DNA of 64,000 nt from Cyanobacteria bacterium P01_G01_bin.67 (GTDB taxonomy: Bacteria > Cyanobacteriota > Cyanobacteriia > Cyanobacteriales > Xenococcaceae): the NCBI GenBank assembly GCA_039179675.1, contig JBCDEP010000007.1, positions 1,979 to 65,978 on the forward strand, written 5' to 3'. The position numbers and the translations under genes are program-made. This document shows positions 19,647-31,220 of the stretch, piece after piece; the first letter of the stretch is position 1; each line of letters starts with the position of its first letter. The notes beneath the pieces are model-generated. The model saw nothing but the letters and a program-made list of their open reading frames with translations, ran no database searches and was not told the DNA's origin.

Positions 19647-19813
19647 TATTTAAGACGTTTTGATTTTACGGTGAATATTTGATTACAGCTTACTTTGCTA
19701 ATCAAAATAGAAAATAATGTAGTGTAATTACCACCCGTTTCTCAACCTTAATTCCAGACGAACCTTGGTATTATCAAGAAATTAATAAAAGTCAGTTTAT
19801 CTTCTCTTACACA

Positions 19814-21355
19814 ATGTTTAATTGGTTTCGTCGAAACGAAAAAGCAAAGCAACAGTCTGAAGCAAATTCACCAGAAACTCAACCTGAAGTGACAACAGAG
19901 TCAGCTGATTCATCTCAGACGGAAACAGCTGAACCAGATTACCTTGCTTTTGCTAAAGCTGCCTACAAGAATATTCAAGAACGTAAAGGTGAGGCAGCAG
20001 CGACGACGACAGAAACTAGAGAAACTGAAGCAGAATCTGAACCTGTAAGTGTAGAAGAAGAAACCCCCATAGCAGATGAATCAGAAGCACTAGAAGAACG
20101 AAATGATGAACCAGTAGCCAAACCAGAAATTTTAGAAGAGGAAACAACTAAACCAGCCGCCGAAGCGAGAGGAGAGGAAATAGCCAAGATCGAAACTCCT
20201 GTTGAATCAGAAGTAGTAGTCGAAGACACTACTGACTCAACCTCAAACATTCCTGCCTGGATGCAAAAATCCCAAGGTTTAGAGAAGCTCAAAGAAACAG
20301 CCATCGAAACTCCTGAAGCAGAGCTGTTAACAGAGACAGAATCAACAGAATTAGACGAAGATTTTATCTGGTCATCCCAAGTACTAGCAAAAAGCGGGAG
20401 AACAGCGGAAGATGTTTCCGAAGAAGAAATTAGCTGGCTAACCAAACTACGACAGGGACTAGGCAAAACTCGTATTGGCTTAGTCAATCAGCTCAAGTCT
20501 ATTGTGGGCAAAGGACCTCTCAATGACGATGCGGTAATGGAGATTGAAAGCATCCTGCTCCAAGCAGATGTAGGAATTGAGGCTACTGACTACATTATTG
20601 AAACCCTACAAGAAAAATTAAAATCAGAAGTATTACCTCCCGAGCAAGCGATCTCTTATCTCAAAACAATCCTTCAAGATATTCTGGACAAACCTCTAGC
20701 AGGAAAAGAAGATAATGCTTTTGTACCCGAAAAAAATCAATTCAATATCTGGCTTCTGACAGGAGTGAATGGTGCAGGTAAAACTACTACTATTGGCAAG
20801 CTAGCTAACTTAGGACAGAAATCTGGCTACAGTTGTCTGATTGCCGCCGCAGATACTTTTCGCGCTGCTGCGGTACAGCAGGTTAAAGTATGGGGGGAAC
20901 GTACTAATACTCAGGTCATTGCTAACCCAGGAAAAAATACCGATCCTGCTGCGGTTGTATTTGATGCGATCGCTGCTGCTGAAGCCAAAAATACAGAACT
21001 ACTTCTAGTAGACACCGCAGGTAGGCTACAAAACAAGCAAAACTTGATGACTGAATTGGCGAAAATTCGTCGCATTATCGACAAGAAAGCACCTGATGCC
21101 AAAGTAGAATCATTATTAGTTTTAGATGCAACTTTAGGGCAAAATGGCTTACGACAAGCTCAAGTATTTTCTGAAGCAGCTAACCTTAGCGGAGTAGTTT
21201 TAACGAAGTTAGATGGTAGCGCAAGAGGAGGAGTCGCTTTAGCTGTAACTCAACAATTAAATTTACCAATTCGCTTTATTGGTGCAGGGGAAGGAATTGA
21301 GGATCTGCGACCTTTTTCTAGTTACGAATTTGTAGAAGCTTTACTGAATGGTTAA
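19814..21355 (+). CDS. ftsY: signal recognition particle receptor
   Basis: 513 aa with an acidic Glu/Thr-rich N-terminal domain followed by the NG domain (LLTGVNGAGKTTTIGKLA, DTAGRL, TKLDGSARGG). Confidence 0.92.
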   Translation: MFNWFRRNEKAKQQSEANSPETQPEVTTESADSSQTETAEPDYLAFAKAAYKNIQERKGEAAATTTETRETEAESEPVSVEEETPIADESEALEERNDEPVAKPEILEEETTKPAAEARGEEIAKIETPVESEVVVEDTTDSTSNIPAWMQKSQGLEKLKETAIETPEAELLTETESTELDEDFIWSSQVLAKSGRTAEDVSEEEISWLTKLRQGLGKTRIGLVNQLKSIVGKGPLNDDAVMEIESILLQADVGIEATDYIIETLQEKLKSEVLPPEQAISYLKTILQDILDKPLAGKEDNAFVPEKNQFNIWLLTGVNGAGKTTTIGKLANLGQKSGYSCLIAAADTFRAAAVQQVKVWGERTNTQVIANPGKNTDPAAVVFDAIAAAEAKNTELLLVDTAGRLQNKQNLMTELAKIRRIIDKKAPDAKVESLLVLDATLGQNGLRQAQVFSEAANLSGVVLTKLDGSARGGVALAVTQQLNLPIRFIGAGEGIEDLRPFSSYEFVEALLNG

Positions 21356-21620
21356 GTAAAACACACATTTTTTCGCTAGTTTAGTTAAGATAGTGAACTT
21401 AAGTTTTTTTACGACAATTTTATTGGCGTATTAGCTATTTCAGGTTATTATTAATCAACCTATATTTCGGTAAGTAAAATATAAGCACTGTCTGGTGATT
21501 AGTACTCCCAAGATAGTCATCAATTGGCTAAGTATAAAAGTTACTTTTATATTATTTGATTGGATGTTTTAGTATTACTGTATTTTGAACCTATTTTTTG
21601 ACTGATGAACTGAAAAAACA

Positions 21621-23060
21621 ATGTCTAAGTTTGTAGAGGCAATGACTGTCGTACCTTCTCATAGCCATCCCTCTCAAGAAAGCAATAGTGTTAGTAAATC
21701 TTCTTCCAAGAAAGCTAACCCCGTTGTAGCCCTCAAGGAATTGGTGGCTAATCTGCAAAGAGAACAACATAAAATTCAAGATTTGCTTAGCTCTTTGGGG
21801 TTTGCCTTACGTAGCTTCAGCAACTTGAATCAATTCTTAGAATTGACTCCTTTGATGGCGGCAAGGGTTACTGATTCTATTGGTGGAGTATTAATCTTAT
21901 ATAAGAACGACAAAGTACATCTAGAACAGGTACATTGCCAAGACAGTAAAATTGGGTTTGAGGTTAGCAGTCTTTTTGAGCGAGTTAATTATCAGATTAA
22001 TCAATCTCAGATCGATCCTCGTAAAACTGCTAATGCATCTTCTAAATTATCAGAAATTATTGACGACAAAATTGCTGAAGAACTTGAATCAGTTCAGTTT
22101 TTTGGCACTCCAATTCTGGTGAAAAATGTTGAGCAGGGTCGTCTTTACGTTTTTAGCACAGAGCGAGACTATTCGTGGACACCAACCAAACGAAAATTAA
22201 CCCAATTAGTAGCCGATCAAACAGCAGTAGCGATCGCTAACCACGAGCTAACGGTGGAATTGCGTTCTAAAGAAAGACAAGATCGCGAACTTGAAATTGC
22301 CTCGGAAATACAGTTACGGTTATTGCCCAGTAAATGTCCTCAAATTAAAGGATTAAGTATTGCTGCTAAATGTGAAACCGCTAATCGTGTCGGTGGAGAT
22401 TATTACGATTTTATTCCCACAAATTATGACCGACTAGAAAATAGTCAGTCTGAAATCGGCTCAGATGTTCCCTGGAGCATTGTCATTGGCGACGTGATGG
22501 GGAAAGGAGTTCCCGCAGGTCTAATTATGACGATGACTAGGGGTATGCTGAGAGCTGAAGTACTAAATCGACATTCTCCTGCCCAGATCATGCGTCATCT
22601 CAATCGAGTGATGTATGCCGATCTGGAAAACTCTCATCGTTTTGTGAGTATGTTTTATTCAGAATACGATCCACAACAGCAAACTCTTTCCTTTACTAAT
22701 GCGGCTCATAATCCGCCACTTCTATGGCGGAAGGCGACCAATACCCTAGAAAGATTAGATAGCTGGGGAATGCTGATTGGTTTGGATATGGAATCTGAGT
22801 ATGAGGATGCCACTGTACAGTTGGCGCCTGGAGATACAATTATTTACTATACAGATGGTTTTACCGATGCTGCCAATGAAAATGGCGATCGCTTTGATGA
22901 AGAAAATCTCTGTCTCTGTTTTAAATGGGCTTGCCAGCACTTAGAAACCCCTGATGAAGTTTTAGACCATGTTTTTGCTCAGGTTAAGCAATTTAGTGGT
23001 GCCAACAAGAACTGTGGTGATGATATGACCTCAATTGTGATGCAAATTCAGCCCATCTAG
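21621..23060 (+). CDS. GAF-domain PP2C/SpoIIE-family protein phosphatase
   Basis: 479 aa. The C-terminal half carries RELEIASEIQLRLLP, GGDYYDF, GDVMGKGVPAGLIM, YYTDGFTDA and DDMTSIVMQ, typical of RsbU/SpoIIE phosphatases. Confidence 0.8.
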   Translation: MSKFVEAMTVVPSHSHPSQESNSVSKSSSKKANPVVALKELVANLQREQHKIQDLLSSLGFALRSFSNLNQFLELTPLMAARVTDSIGGVLILYKNDKVHLEQVHCQDSKIGFEVSSLFERVNYQINQSQIDPRKTANASSKLSEIIDDKIAEELESVQFFGTPILVKNVEQGRLYVFSTERDYSWTPTKRKLTQLVADQTAVAIANHELTVELRSKERQDRELEIASEIQLRLLPSKCPQIKGLSIAAKCETANRVGGDYYDFIPTNYDRLENSQSEIGSDVPWSIVIGDVMGKGVPAGLIMTMTRGMLRAEVLNRHSPAQIMRHLNRVMYADLENSHRFVSMFYSEYDPQQQTLSFTNAAHNPPLLWRKATNTLERLDSWGMLIGLDMESEYEDATVQLAPGDTIIYYTDGFTDAANENGDRFDEENLCLCFKWACQHLETPDEVLDHVFAQVKQFSGANKNCGDDMTSIVMQIQPI

Positions 23061-23227
23061 TAACTCCTGCCAATTTAAAGTCTGCTCACTCACTAGGGTT
23101 ATCTCTTGATGAAAAGGGAGGGCAGATAAAACTGATCCTTGTGAGGAACATCGCTTCCTTTTAACTGGCGGTTTTAACAATCCAGGATTAAATTAGTTGC
23201 AAGTTGCACTATTAAAAATTTAATCTA

Positions 23228-23446
23228 ATGGAATTCTTATTTAGCGAGCAGTTAGTACAGACAATAATTGAGCTTCATCATAATTATCTCATCCCTGTTT
23301 CGAGTCTGTTAGCTCAAATGATTGAAGATCCCGACATTTTGGGGCAAATGCAAGATGCCTGGTATAACTTTATTGATTCAGGACAGGTATGGGCATTGAT
23401 TATTGGAACTTTTTTTGGTTATACCTTTAAAGGGTTTACTGGATAA
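23228..23446 (+). CDS. small hypothetical protein with C-terminal hydrophobic helix
   Basis: 72-aa ORF with a clean ATG. No family was recognised. Confidence 0.4.
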   Translation: MEFLFSEQLVQTIIELHHNYLIPVSSLLAQMIEDPDILGQMQDAWYNFIDSGQVWALIIGTFFGYTFKGFTG

Positions 23447-23543
23447 ACAGATTTAGTATTTTGTGATTTTCGTTTCAACTTGGTTCAAACTACAAGACTT
23501 AGATTTAGAATAACTTAGTCCTGTATTTTGTTAATTTCTTACC

Positions 23544-24929
23544 GTGAGCAAGCAAAAAACCTGGAGCGATCGCTTTGAATCTGCCCTTAATCCAGCGATC
23601 GCTATTTTCAATGCCAGTATTGGATTTGATATTGAATTAATTGAATACGATCTGACTGGTTCAATTGCCCATGCCAAAATGCTTGCCAAAACCAAAATTA
23701 TTAGTGATGCAGAAGCGCAACAACTAGTATCAGGTTTAGAAAAAATTCGTCTGGAACATCAGGCAGGCAACTTCAATCCAGGAATTGATGCAGAAGATGT
23801 CCACTTTGCGGTAGAGAGACGACTGATCGAAATCGTGGGAGATGTGGGCAAGAAATTACACACAGCGCGCTCTCGCAATGATCAGGTAGGAACAGACATC
23901 AGACTCTACCTCAGAGCAGAGATTAGGCAAATACAGCAGCAGCTCAGACAATTTCAGACAGCGTTATTAAACCACAGCGAACAGCACGTAGAAACTCTCA
24001 TTCCTGGTTATACTCACCTCCAAAGAGCGCAACCTCTTAGTTTAGCTCATCATCTGTTGGCATATTTCCAAATGTCTCAGAGAGACTGGGAACGATTAGA
24101 AGATGTTTATCAGCGGACTAACATTTCTCCTCTAGGCTGTGGCGCATTGGCAGGAACTACTTTTCCGATTGATCGCCAATATACCGCTGAATTATTAGGA
24201 TTTGATGCAGTTTACGCTAACAGTTTGGATGGAGTGAGTGATCGCGATTTTGCGATCGAATTTCTCTGTGCAGCTAGTTTGATCATGGTGCATCTAAGCC
24301 GTCTCAGTGAGGAAATGATTCTCTGGGCATCCCAAGAATTTAGTTTTATTACTCTCAAAGACACATGTGCCACAGGCTCTAGTATCATGCCCCAGAAGAA
24401 AAATCCCGATATTCCCGAGTTAGTGCGGGGCAAAACAGGCAGAGTGTTTGGTCATCTCCAGGCGTTATTAGTCATCATGAAAGGTTTACCATTGGCTTAC
24501 AACAAAGATCTTCAAGAAGACAAAGAGGGTTTGTTTGACGGTGTCAAGACAGTTAAGTCTTGTCTGGGGGCGATGACAATTTTACTTCAATCAGGAATTG
24601 AATTCAAAACCACTAGGCTAGCCGCAGCGGTGGCTGAAGACTTTTCCAACGCTACTGATGTTGCCGATTATTTAGCAGCTAAAGACGTTCCTTTTCGCGA
24701 GGCTTATAATTTGGTAGGTAAGGTGGTAAAAACCAGCATTGCTGCTGGAAAGCTACTAAAAGATCTTACTTTAGAAGAATGGCAACAACTGCATCCCGCA
24801 TTTGAAGCTGATATCTACGATGCGATCGCCCCTAGACAGGTAGTTTCTGCCCGCAATAGCTATGGTGGCACTGGTTTATCCCAAGTCAATCAGGCGATCA
24901 AGCAGGCAAAATCATTGTTGAATAGCTAA
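23544..24929 (+). CDS. argH: argininosuccinate lyase
   Basis: 461 aa with a GTG start. It has the [16 protein letters not shown] and [12 protein letters not shown] signature motifs. Confidence 0.95.
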   Translation: MSKQKTWSDRFESALNPAIAIFNASIGFDIELIEYDLTGSIAHAKMLAKTKIISDAEAQQLVSGLEKIRLEHQAGNFNPGIDAEDVHFAVERRLIEIVGDVGKKLHTARSRNDQVGTDIRLYLRAEIRQIQQQLRQFQTALLNHSEQHVETLIPGYTHLQRAQPLSLAHHLLAYFQMSQRDWERLEDVYQRTNISPLGCGALAGTTFPIDRQYTAELLGFDAVYANSLDGVSDRDFAIEFLCAASLIMVHLSRLSEEMILWASQEFSFITLKDTCATGSSIMPQKKNPDIPELVRGKTGRVFGHLQALLVIMKGLPLAYNKDLQEDKEGLFDGVKTVKSCLGAMTILLQSGIEFKTTRLAAAVAEDFSNATDVADYLAAKDVPFREAYNLVGKVVKTSIAAGKLLKDLTLEEWQQLHPAFEADIYDAIAPRQVVSARNSYGGTGLSQVNQAIKQAKSLLNS

Positions 24930-25012
24930 ATTTCTACTCAACGATTTATAACTCCTATTCTTGGTAGTTTTTTACCCATCTGAATTCAACACTCATCCTA
25001 AAATTTTGTTTT

Positions 25013-25468
25013 ATGCGTCGTTCTTGGCGATTTATTTCCACTGTACTTGGTATTATTTTCCGTCATCCTGTCACAGGCACAACCATTATCCCAATTCTGC
25101 CTGATGGTCGCATTGTCTTGATACAGCGAAGTGATTCGGGCAGGTGGGGCTTACCTGGTGGCATGATTGATTGGGGAGAAGATATTCCCCATGCCGCCAG
25201 CCGAGAACTGGAAGAAGAAACGGGCTTGAAAATAACTAAAATTAAGCGTCTACGCGGAGTCTACTCTGATCCGGAACGAGATCCTCGAATCCATTCGATT
25301 TCGGTATTATTAGAAGTGGAAGCAGAGGGAGAACTAAATCCAGAGGACAAGTTAGAAGTATTGCAGGTTAAAGCTTTTACCAAAGAAGAACTACCGTTAG
25401 GGCAACTCAGTCACGACCATGACCGTCAGTTACAAGACTATCTCAATGATGAAATCGTCATAGCTTGA
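25013..25468 (+). CDS. NUDIX hydrolase
   Basis: 151 aa with the Nudix box GGMIDWGEDIPHAASRELEEETGL. Confidence 0.75.
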   Translation: MRRSWRFISTVLGIIFRHPVTGTTIIPILPDGRIVLIQRSDSGRWGLPGGMIDWGEDIPHAASRELEEETGLKITKIKRLRGVYSDPERDPRIHSISVLLEVEAEGELNPEDKLEVLQVKAFTKEELPLGQLSHDHDRQLQDYLNDEIVIA

Positions 25469-25486
25469 GCATTTAGCAACAACTTA

Positions 25487-26299
25487 TTAATTGTTTTTCT
25501 GCGGATCAATGTTGATGAAAGGCAGCGTTCCATTCCCTCCCATTACTGTGGGGAATTTGCCATCCCATTTTTTAATTGCTTCTTTTTGTAATAGAGCAGG
25601 GGTCAAGGTAAGCTTTTGCAATCTTTGAGCTTCTGCTTGACCCTTGGCACGGTTTATTTCAGCCTGTGCTATTTTTTCTGCTTTTAAAGCTTCAAAGTCC
25701 GCCTGTTTTGCTTGTTGTTCGGCAATTTGTTTTGCTTCAATTGCTCTTGCAAATTCAGGAGAAAAGGAGACATTAACCAAAGAAACATCATCAACTAAAA
25801 TTCCATAGTCGACTAATCTTTGCTTTAACTCTTCATCAATTTGTTGTTTAATCTCTTTGCGTTTGGTAATTATTTCTTCTGCATTCTTCTGCGCTGTTGC
25901 CGCCTTTACTATTTCAGCAACAGCAGGTGTAATGATCCTAAAGACTATTTGCTCTTCATCTCCCACGCGTTGAAATACTTTATTTACTTTCTGTGGGTCA
26001 ATATGCCAATTGAGGGCTACTTGAGTTTTGATATCTTGTAAATCTTTAGAGGAGGCTTCGGCATCAATATCATTCTTCTGGACTCTAACACTGAGAGCTT
26101 TTACGGTGTTAGCTACAGGCACAATTGGATGTAAACCCTCATCTAAAATTGCATCTTGTACTTTGCCAAAGCGCATGATTACGCCTCTTTCTCCTGCTTG
26201 AATAATGGTGAAAGGTTTAAAGATTCCAAGCAACATAAATATTAAAAAACCTAACCCTGCATAAGTAATTAGTTTATAAGAAATATTATGATTCTTCAT
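25487..26299 (-). CDS. SPFH/band-7 (prohibitin-like) membrane protein
   Basis: 270 aa with an N-terminal TM helix, an SPFH core (ERGVIMRFGKV...) and a coiled-coil tail rich in A/E/Q/K. Confidence 0.85.
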   Translation of the reverse strand: MKNHNISYKLITYAGLGFLIFMLLGIFKPFTIIQAGERGVIMRFGKVQDAILDEGLHPIVPVANTVKALSVRVQKNDIDAEASSKDLQDIKTQVALNWHIDPQKVNKVFQRVGDEEQIVFRIITPAVAEIVKAATAQKNAEEIITKRKEIKQQIDEELKQRLVDYGILVDDVSLVNVSFSPEFARAIEAKQIAEQQAKQADFEALKAEKIAQAEINRAKGQAEAQRLQKLTLTPALLQKEAIKKWDGKFPTVMGGNGTLPFINIDPQKNN

Positions 26300-26612
26300 A
26301 TTAAGTTTTTTTCTGTATTTAAAGTAGATTTAGACTTAAATAACTTGAGTGAGATCAAACAAGTTCATACACCATGATCATTAACTTTATTAAATATATT
26401 TGGCAATAAACTGGCAACTATTTAATAGAACTTAAATTTGCTTGTAATTACTTAATGATTGAACTTGCTAACTAGAAAACAATGTTGAAACTTAAGCTGA
26501 TTCTGTTTCTAAATTCATTTTTTTCAACGTATAGATTTAAGGCATTGCTTAGCTATAATTTGCTAGACTAAGAAATTGTTTTTAGTTCTCTAGTACTATT
26601 AAAGATAAGCTC

Positions 26613-26990
26613 ATGGCTCTTAATGTTGTTAATTTGGTTGGTCGTGCTGGTGCTGCGCCAGAAATCATTCATTTTCAATCGGGCACTGTTTTATGTAAGC
26701 TTCCTTTGGCGGTAAATCGCCGTAGTCGCAATAATGAGCAGCCAGACTGGTTCAACCTCGAAATTTGGGGAAAAACTGCGGAAATAGCGGGAAATTATGT
26801 TCAAAAGGGCAAGTTAATTGGAATTCAAGGCTCATTAAAAATTGAAACCTGGACAGATAAAAATACTGGAGGACAACGTTCTCGTCCGACCATCAAAGTT
26901 GATCGCCTAGAATTGCTGGGTTCAAAACGAGATAACGATCCTGATTCAGTCAGCGGTTATCCTGGTGCAGTCAGTGGCTACCCAGAGTAA
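26613..26990 (+). CDS. ssb: single-stranded DNA-binding protein
   Basis: 125 aa with an OB fold (NVVNLVGRAG..PE...F.SG..LCKLPLAVNRR....EQPDWFNLEIWGKTAE). The C-terminus has a duplicated VSGYPG motif rather than an acidic DDDIPF-type tip. Confidence 0.85.
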   Translation: MALNVVNLVGRAGAAPEIIHFQSGTVLCKLPLAVNRRSRNNEQPDWFNLEIWGKTAEIAGNYVQKGKLIGIQGSLKIETWTDKNTGGQRSRPTIKVDRLELLGSKRDNDPDSVSGYPGAVSGYPE

Positions 26991-27009
26991 AAAGAATAAG
27001 GAATATAGG

Positions 27010-28656
27010 ATGAACAAAGGCTTTCCTAAAGGATACCGCTTTGCATATGGCCGCATGTATGAGGAAATTTATGGCTACAAGTTCTTCGCTCAAGACAACC
27101 TCTACTTTGTCGGTCTGTTAATTGCTGCGGTAATTCTTTACACTTCTGGTTTGGGAGATTTGCCCTTAAGAGATTGGGATGAAGGAATCGTGGCGGGGGT
27201 AGCACGCAATATCAGACAAGCTTCCCCAGGAAGCTTTACTTGGCTTTTCCCCACCATTAACTATGGCGAACCTTACTGGAATAAACCGCCTTTGATTCAT
27301 GCTCTGATCGCAATTAGCTATAGACTATTCGGGTTCAGTGAGTGGAGTACCAGAATTGTTCCTGCTCTCTTATCCGCTACCTCTGTTCCTTTCCTCTACT
27401 TAATCGGCAGAGAAATTTTTATTAGACGTTCAGCTGCAATATTTTCAGCTTTAGTCTATTTAACGCTATTACCCATAGCTCGTCATGGACGAGTCGCTAT
27501 GCTGGATGGCGCGATCGCCTGTTGGTTTTGTCTGGCTATTTGGTGCCTGTTGAGGGGAAGACAACATGCTTCCTGGCTTCTAGGTGCTGGTATATCGATG
27601 GGATTAATCTGCTTGACCAAAGGTATGATGATGGGAGTTTTACTGGGAAGTATTATACTCCTCTTCATTTTCTGGGCTTATCCTCGTTTACTACACAGTC
27701 ATTATATTTGGTGGGGTCTGATGTTGGGGATTACGCCTGCGATCGCCTGGTATGGGTTGCAGTACTTTAGATATGGCACTCAATTCCTCGGTATCAGTTT
27801 CGGGACCCAAACCTTCAGCCGTATCTGGAAGCCGGTAAGTAGTGGTTCTAGCCCACCTTGGTATTACCTATTAGAAATTATCAAATATACCCTTCCCTGG
27901 CTTATATTTCTGCCTTCTGGAGTTAAATTAGCTCTCAAGAGTCGTTATGCTAATTGGAGTAAGCTCACCTTGATGTGGACAGGAGTTTATCTGCTGGCTA
28001 TTTCCCTGATGGCAACTAAACTTCCTTGGTATGTCATCCCGATTTATCCTGGGTTGTCACTGCTAATAGGAGTTAGCCTAGATCAAACTTGGGTAAGAAG
28101 ACAAGCTCCATTACCTTGGACAATTGCCTGTAGTCTGCTAGCGGTAATTTGCTGGGGAATAGTTCTTTACCACAAATTAGTTACTACGTTTCTTGAAATA
28201 GAGCTGATGCCAATCTTAGTAGTCATGGCACTCGGTTTTACCTTGACATCAGTACTACTCTGGCTTAATTCTCGGTATTTTATTCCTGTAATAATCTCTG
28301 GGTTTTATCTAACGTTATTATTATTGTTCAATTCCAGTCATTGGCTCTGGGAACTAAACGAAGCCTTTGCAGTCAAGCCCGTTGCTGAAATGCTCAAGCA
28401 ACATACTCCTCCTCAAGTGAAAATATATACTACTTACCCCCATCTGCGACCTTCGTTAGAATTTTATAGCGATCGCGTCATTGTTCCTGCTACCGATCAG
28501 CAAATACTGCAATATTGGCAAGGGGAAGCACCTGTTTATCTCTTAGTCGATCAAGAGGCAATCAATCGATTAAATCTAACATCGCAACAACAACTTGGAT
28601 CAGAAGCAAACGAGCAAATCTGGCAGCTAATTACCCAGAGAAAAAACCTTCCCTAG
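27010..28656 (+). CDS. GT39/ArnT-like (PMT_2) membrane glycosyltransferase
   Basis: The ATG at 27010 (MNKGFPKGYRF...) is preferred over the track start at 26965, which overlaps ssb. The protein is polytopic, with LPLRDWDEGIVAGVA and YWNKPPLIHAL motifs typical of ArnT-like enzymes. Confidence 0.75.
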   Translation: MNKGFPKGYRFAYGRMYEEIYGYKFFAQDNLYFVGLLIAAVILYTSGLGDLPLRDWDEGIVAGVARNIRQASPGSFTWLFPTINYGEPYWNKPPLIHALIAISYRLFGFSEWSTRIVPALLSATSVPFLYLIGREIFIRRSAAIFSALVYLTLLPIARHGRVAMLDGAIACWFCLAIWCLLRGRQHASWLLGAGISMGLICLTKGMMMGVLLGSIILLFIFWAYPRLLHSHYIWWGLMLGITPAIAWYGLQYFRYGTQFLGISFGTQTFSRIWKPVSSGSSPPWYYLLEIIKYTLPWLIFLPSGVKLALKSRYANWSKLTLMWTGVYLLAISLMATKLPWYVIPIYPGLSLLIGVSLDQTWVRRQAPLPWTIACSLLAVICWGIVLYHKLVTTFLEIELMPILVVMALGFTLTSVLLWLNSRYFIPVIISGFYLTLLLLFNSSHWLWELNEAFAVKPVAEMLKQHTPPQVKIYTTYPHLRPSLEFYSDRVIVPATDQQILQYWQGEAPVYLLVDQEAINRLNLTSQQQLGSEANEQIWQLITQRKNLP

Positions 28657-28767
28657 ATCATTATTGAGCGAGCATATTCGAGGTTTAATCAAGTAATTTC
28701 ACAAATCAATGCATTTAATGTGTAATATGGTCTTTACTAAAAATCGCGATAAATTTTGTGAGCAACT

Positions 28768-29904
28768 GTGAATTTAAATTATGCTTTGGTTCATGAATGG
28801 TTGACTCCCAAAGCCAAAGGAGGGTCAGAATTAGTGGTCAAAGAGATTTTGCAACATATTGACGCAGATCTCTACTCCCTGATTGATTTTGAATCGATCA
28901 ATCCTGAGAGTTACCTTTTTCAAAGAAAAATCACTACCACGTTTCTCCAAAAGTTTCCCCAAGCTCGTCAAGGAGTTCAGAAGTATCTGCCCTTATTACC
29001 TATCGCTATTGAACAGCTAGACCTCAATCAATACGATATCATTCTATCCTCTTCTCATGCCGTAGCGAAAGGAGTTTTGACAAATCCCCATCAGTTACAT
29101 ATTTGCTATTGTCATACCCCAATGCGCTATGCCTGGGATTTAACTTTCGATTATCTCCAAGGCGATCGTCAAGGGCAAGGCATAAGAGGCATAATTGCCA
29201 GGTATATCCTACATCGTCTCAGGGAATGGGATGTCATTTCTGCCAATCGAGTTGATTATTTCATTGCTAATTCTCAACATACCGCTAAGCGGATTTGGCG
29301 TTGTTATCGTCGTTCAGCGCAAGTAATCTATCCTCCCGTAGATGTAGATAAATTTGGTTTTGAACCCAAAAAAGCTGATTTCTATCTGACAATTTCTCGA
29401 TTAGTAAGTTATAAACAAATATGCTTAATTGTAAAAGCGTTTAATCAATTGAAAAAACCCTTAGTCATTATTGGAGAAGGTTCACAATTATCAGAAATAC
29501 GCCAGCTAGCAGAACCTCATGTTCAGGTTTTAGGTTGGCAACCGCATAACATAGTTAAACAATACATCACCAAAGCCAAAGCTTTTGTTTATGGGGCTTG
29601 CGAAGACTTCGGTATTGCTCTAGTTGAAGCTCAAGCCTGTGGAACACCAGTAATCGCTTATGGAAAAGGAGGTGCCTTAGAAACAGTCAAAGATATTCGT
29701 CAATATCCTAAAGATGGGACTGGTTTGTTCTTCGATGTTCAGCAACCACAAGCTTTAATTAAAGCGGTGCAAACTTTTGAAGAGTTACAAACCAAGATTC
29801 AGCCCGAGAATTGCCGTTTACAGGCAATTAAGTTTAATCCATCAATATTTAAACAATCATATTTAAAATATATTGAGGATTGTTACCGTGAATGGAATCG
29901 ATAA
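28768..29904 (+). CDS. glycosyltransferase family 4 (GT-B)
   Basis: 378 aa with a GTG start. The C-terminal half carries the EDFGIALVEAQACGTPVIAYGKGGALETV (E-x7-E) motif. Confidence 0.8.
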   Translation: MNLNYALVHEWLTPKAKGGSELVVKEILQHIDADLYSLIDFESINPESYLFQRKITTTFLQKFPQARQGVQKYLPLLPIAIEQLDLNQYDIILSSSHAVAKGVLTNPHQLHICYCHTPMRYAWDLTFDYLQGDRQGQGIRGIIARYILHRLREWDVISANRVDYFIANSQHTAKRIWRCYRRSAQVIYPPVDVDKFGFEPKKADFYLTISRLVSYKQICLIVKAFNQLKKPLVIIGEGSQLSEIRQLAEPHVQVLGWQPHNIVKQYITKAKAFVYGACEDFGIALVEAQACGTPVIAYGKGGALETVKDIRQYPKDGTGLFFDVQQPQALIKAVQTFEELQTKIQPENCRLQAIKFNPSIFKQSYLKYIEDCYREWNR

Positions 29905-30004
29905 TTATAAATCCCTAATTTTTCTCTGATTGAAAAAATACCAGTAGATCAGAGCTTTATGGATTTATGATGAAACAGTGTGGTGTGATGTGTGAAGGAG
30001 TAAG

Positions 30005-30733
30005 ATGACTGCTAACAGCCAGCTTATTTCCGTCAAAATTGTACAGGGAGTAATTAATAAAAGCATCCGAGCTTTATTCGATCTCAACTGGTTGAAATTA
30101 TTATTCTCTGTTCTGAACGGAAATTTAGTTAAACGTATATTTGACATAGTTTTTGCTTTATTTGTCCTAACTATATTTTCTCCCTTATATTTGGTCTTAA
30201 TGATTCTGATCGCTTTGAATTCACAAGGACCAATCTTTTATGTTCAACAGAGAATCGGCAAAAATCATCAGCCTTTCAACTGTATTAAGTTTAGAACGAT
30301 GATTGATAATGCCGATCAAGCGTTGGAAACAATGATGCAAGACTCTGACCAAATGCGTCAGGAGTTTGAAGAGAGTTTTAAGCTAAAAGAAGATCCTCGG
30401 ATTACTAATCTGGGTCGTTTTTTACGTTTGACTAGTCTTGATGAATTTCCTCAATTCTGGAACGTATTGAAAGGAGAAATGAGCGTAGTTGGTCCAAGAC
30501 CTTTAGTACCAGAGGAGTTACCAAAATATGGTCGAAAAATAAATACTGTCCTCAAAATTAAGCCAGGAATCACTGGTCTCTGGCAGGTTTCTGGTCGAAA
30601 CGATATTCCATATCCAAAAAGAGTGCAGATTGATGTTTACTACGCCATTAGTCACAATTGGTTGCTTGATTTGTGGATTGTTTATAAGACTGTCGGTGTT
30701 ATTTTATTTCCTCGAAATAATGGTGCGTACTAG
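30005..30733 (+). CDS. polyprenyl-phosphate sugar phosphotransferase (bacterial sugar transferase, WbaP/WcaJ C-terminal type)
   Basis: KRIFDIVFALFVL, GKNHQPFNCIKFRTM, DEFPQFWNVLKGEMSVVGPRP are hallmark motifs. The start may lie downstream of 30005. Confidence 0.85.
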   Translation: MTANSQLISVKIVQGVINKSIRALFDLNWLKLLFSVLNGNLVKRIFDIVFALFVLTIFSPLYLVLMILIALNSQGPIFYVQQRIGKNHQPFNCIKFRTMIDNADQALETMMQDSDQMRQEFEESFKLKEDPRITNLGRFLRLTSLDEFPQFWNVLKGEMSVVGPRPLVPEELPKYGRKINTVLKIKPGITGLWQVSGRNDIPYPKRVQIDVYYAISHNWLLDLWIVYKTVGVILFPRNNGAY

Positions 30734-31220
30734 GTTCTCTCGCCTAACTGCCGTTAACAACTTGATATTTGTTTAGTCATAATTTGACAAAGATTAGCGC
30801 CTTTTTCAGATAACTAAACATTATGGGTAATATTAAGCGACTTTATTTATAGTTCTAAGGCTGTCATTAGATACTTTAGATCTATCTGACAATTCTCTCC
30901 CTGCTTGTAAGATTTCTTCGCTAGTAAGTAAATAGCGTACAGTTTGTCATGAATACATTAAAAACTTAATTTGATATTTCTTTAATAAAATTAGACTTGT
31001 AAGACCTATTGAAAGACAACACGAATTTAGCTCAATTCTATAATTTTTAGTAGCTTTACCTTGTTATATTTTGCCCAAGATTACTCATAAAATACCAGGA
31101 TATAAGTTTGATTATTTGCTTTTTCAGTACTATTTCGGAATAGATTTTATTAACTGTGTACTATAGTGGGGGAAATGGCATAATACTCATCATCAATAGT
31201 TTAGTAGGTAATATAGACAA

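Noticed and set aside
26965-27009. The upstream start of the GT39 gene, which overlaps the last 26 nt of ssb.
   Set aside because: The extra 15 residues (MQSVATQSKKNKEYR) read like an out-of-frame translation of the ssb tail. The ATG at 27010 gives a normal N-terminus.
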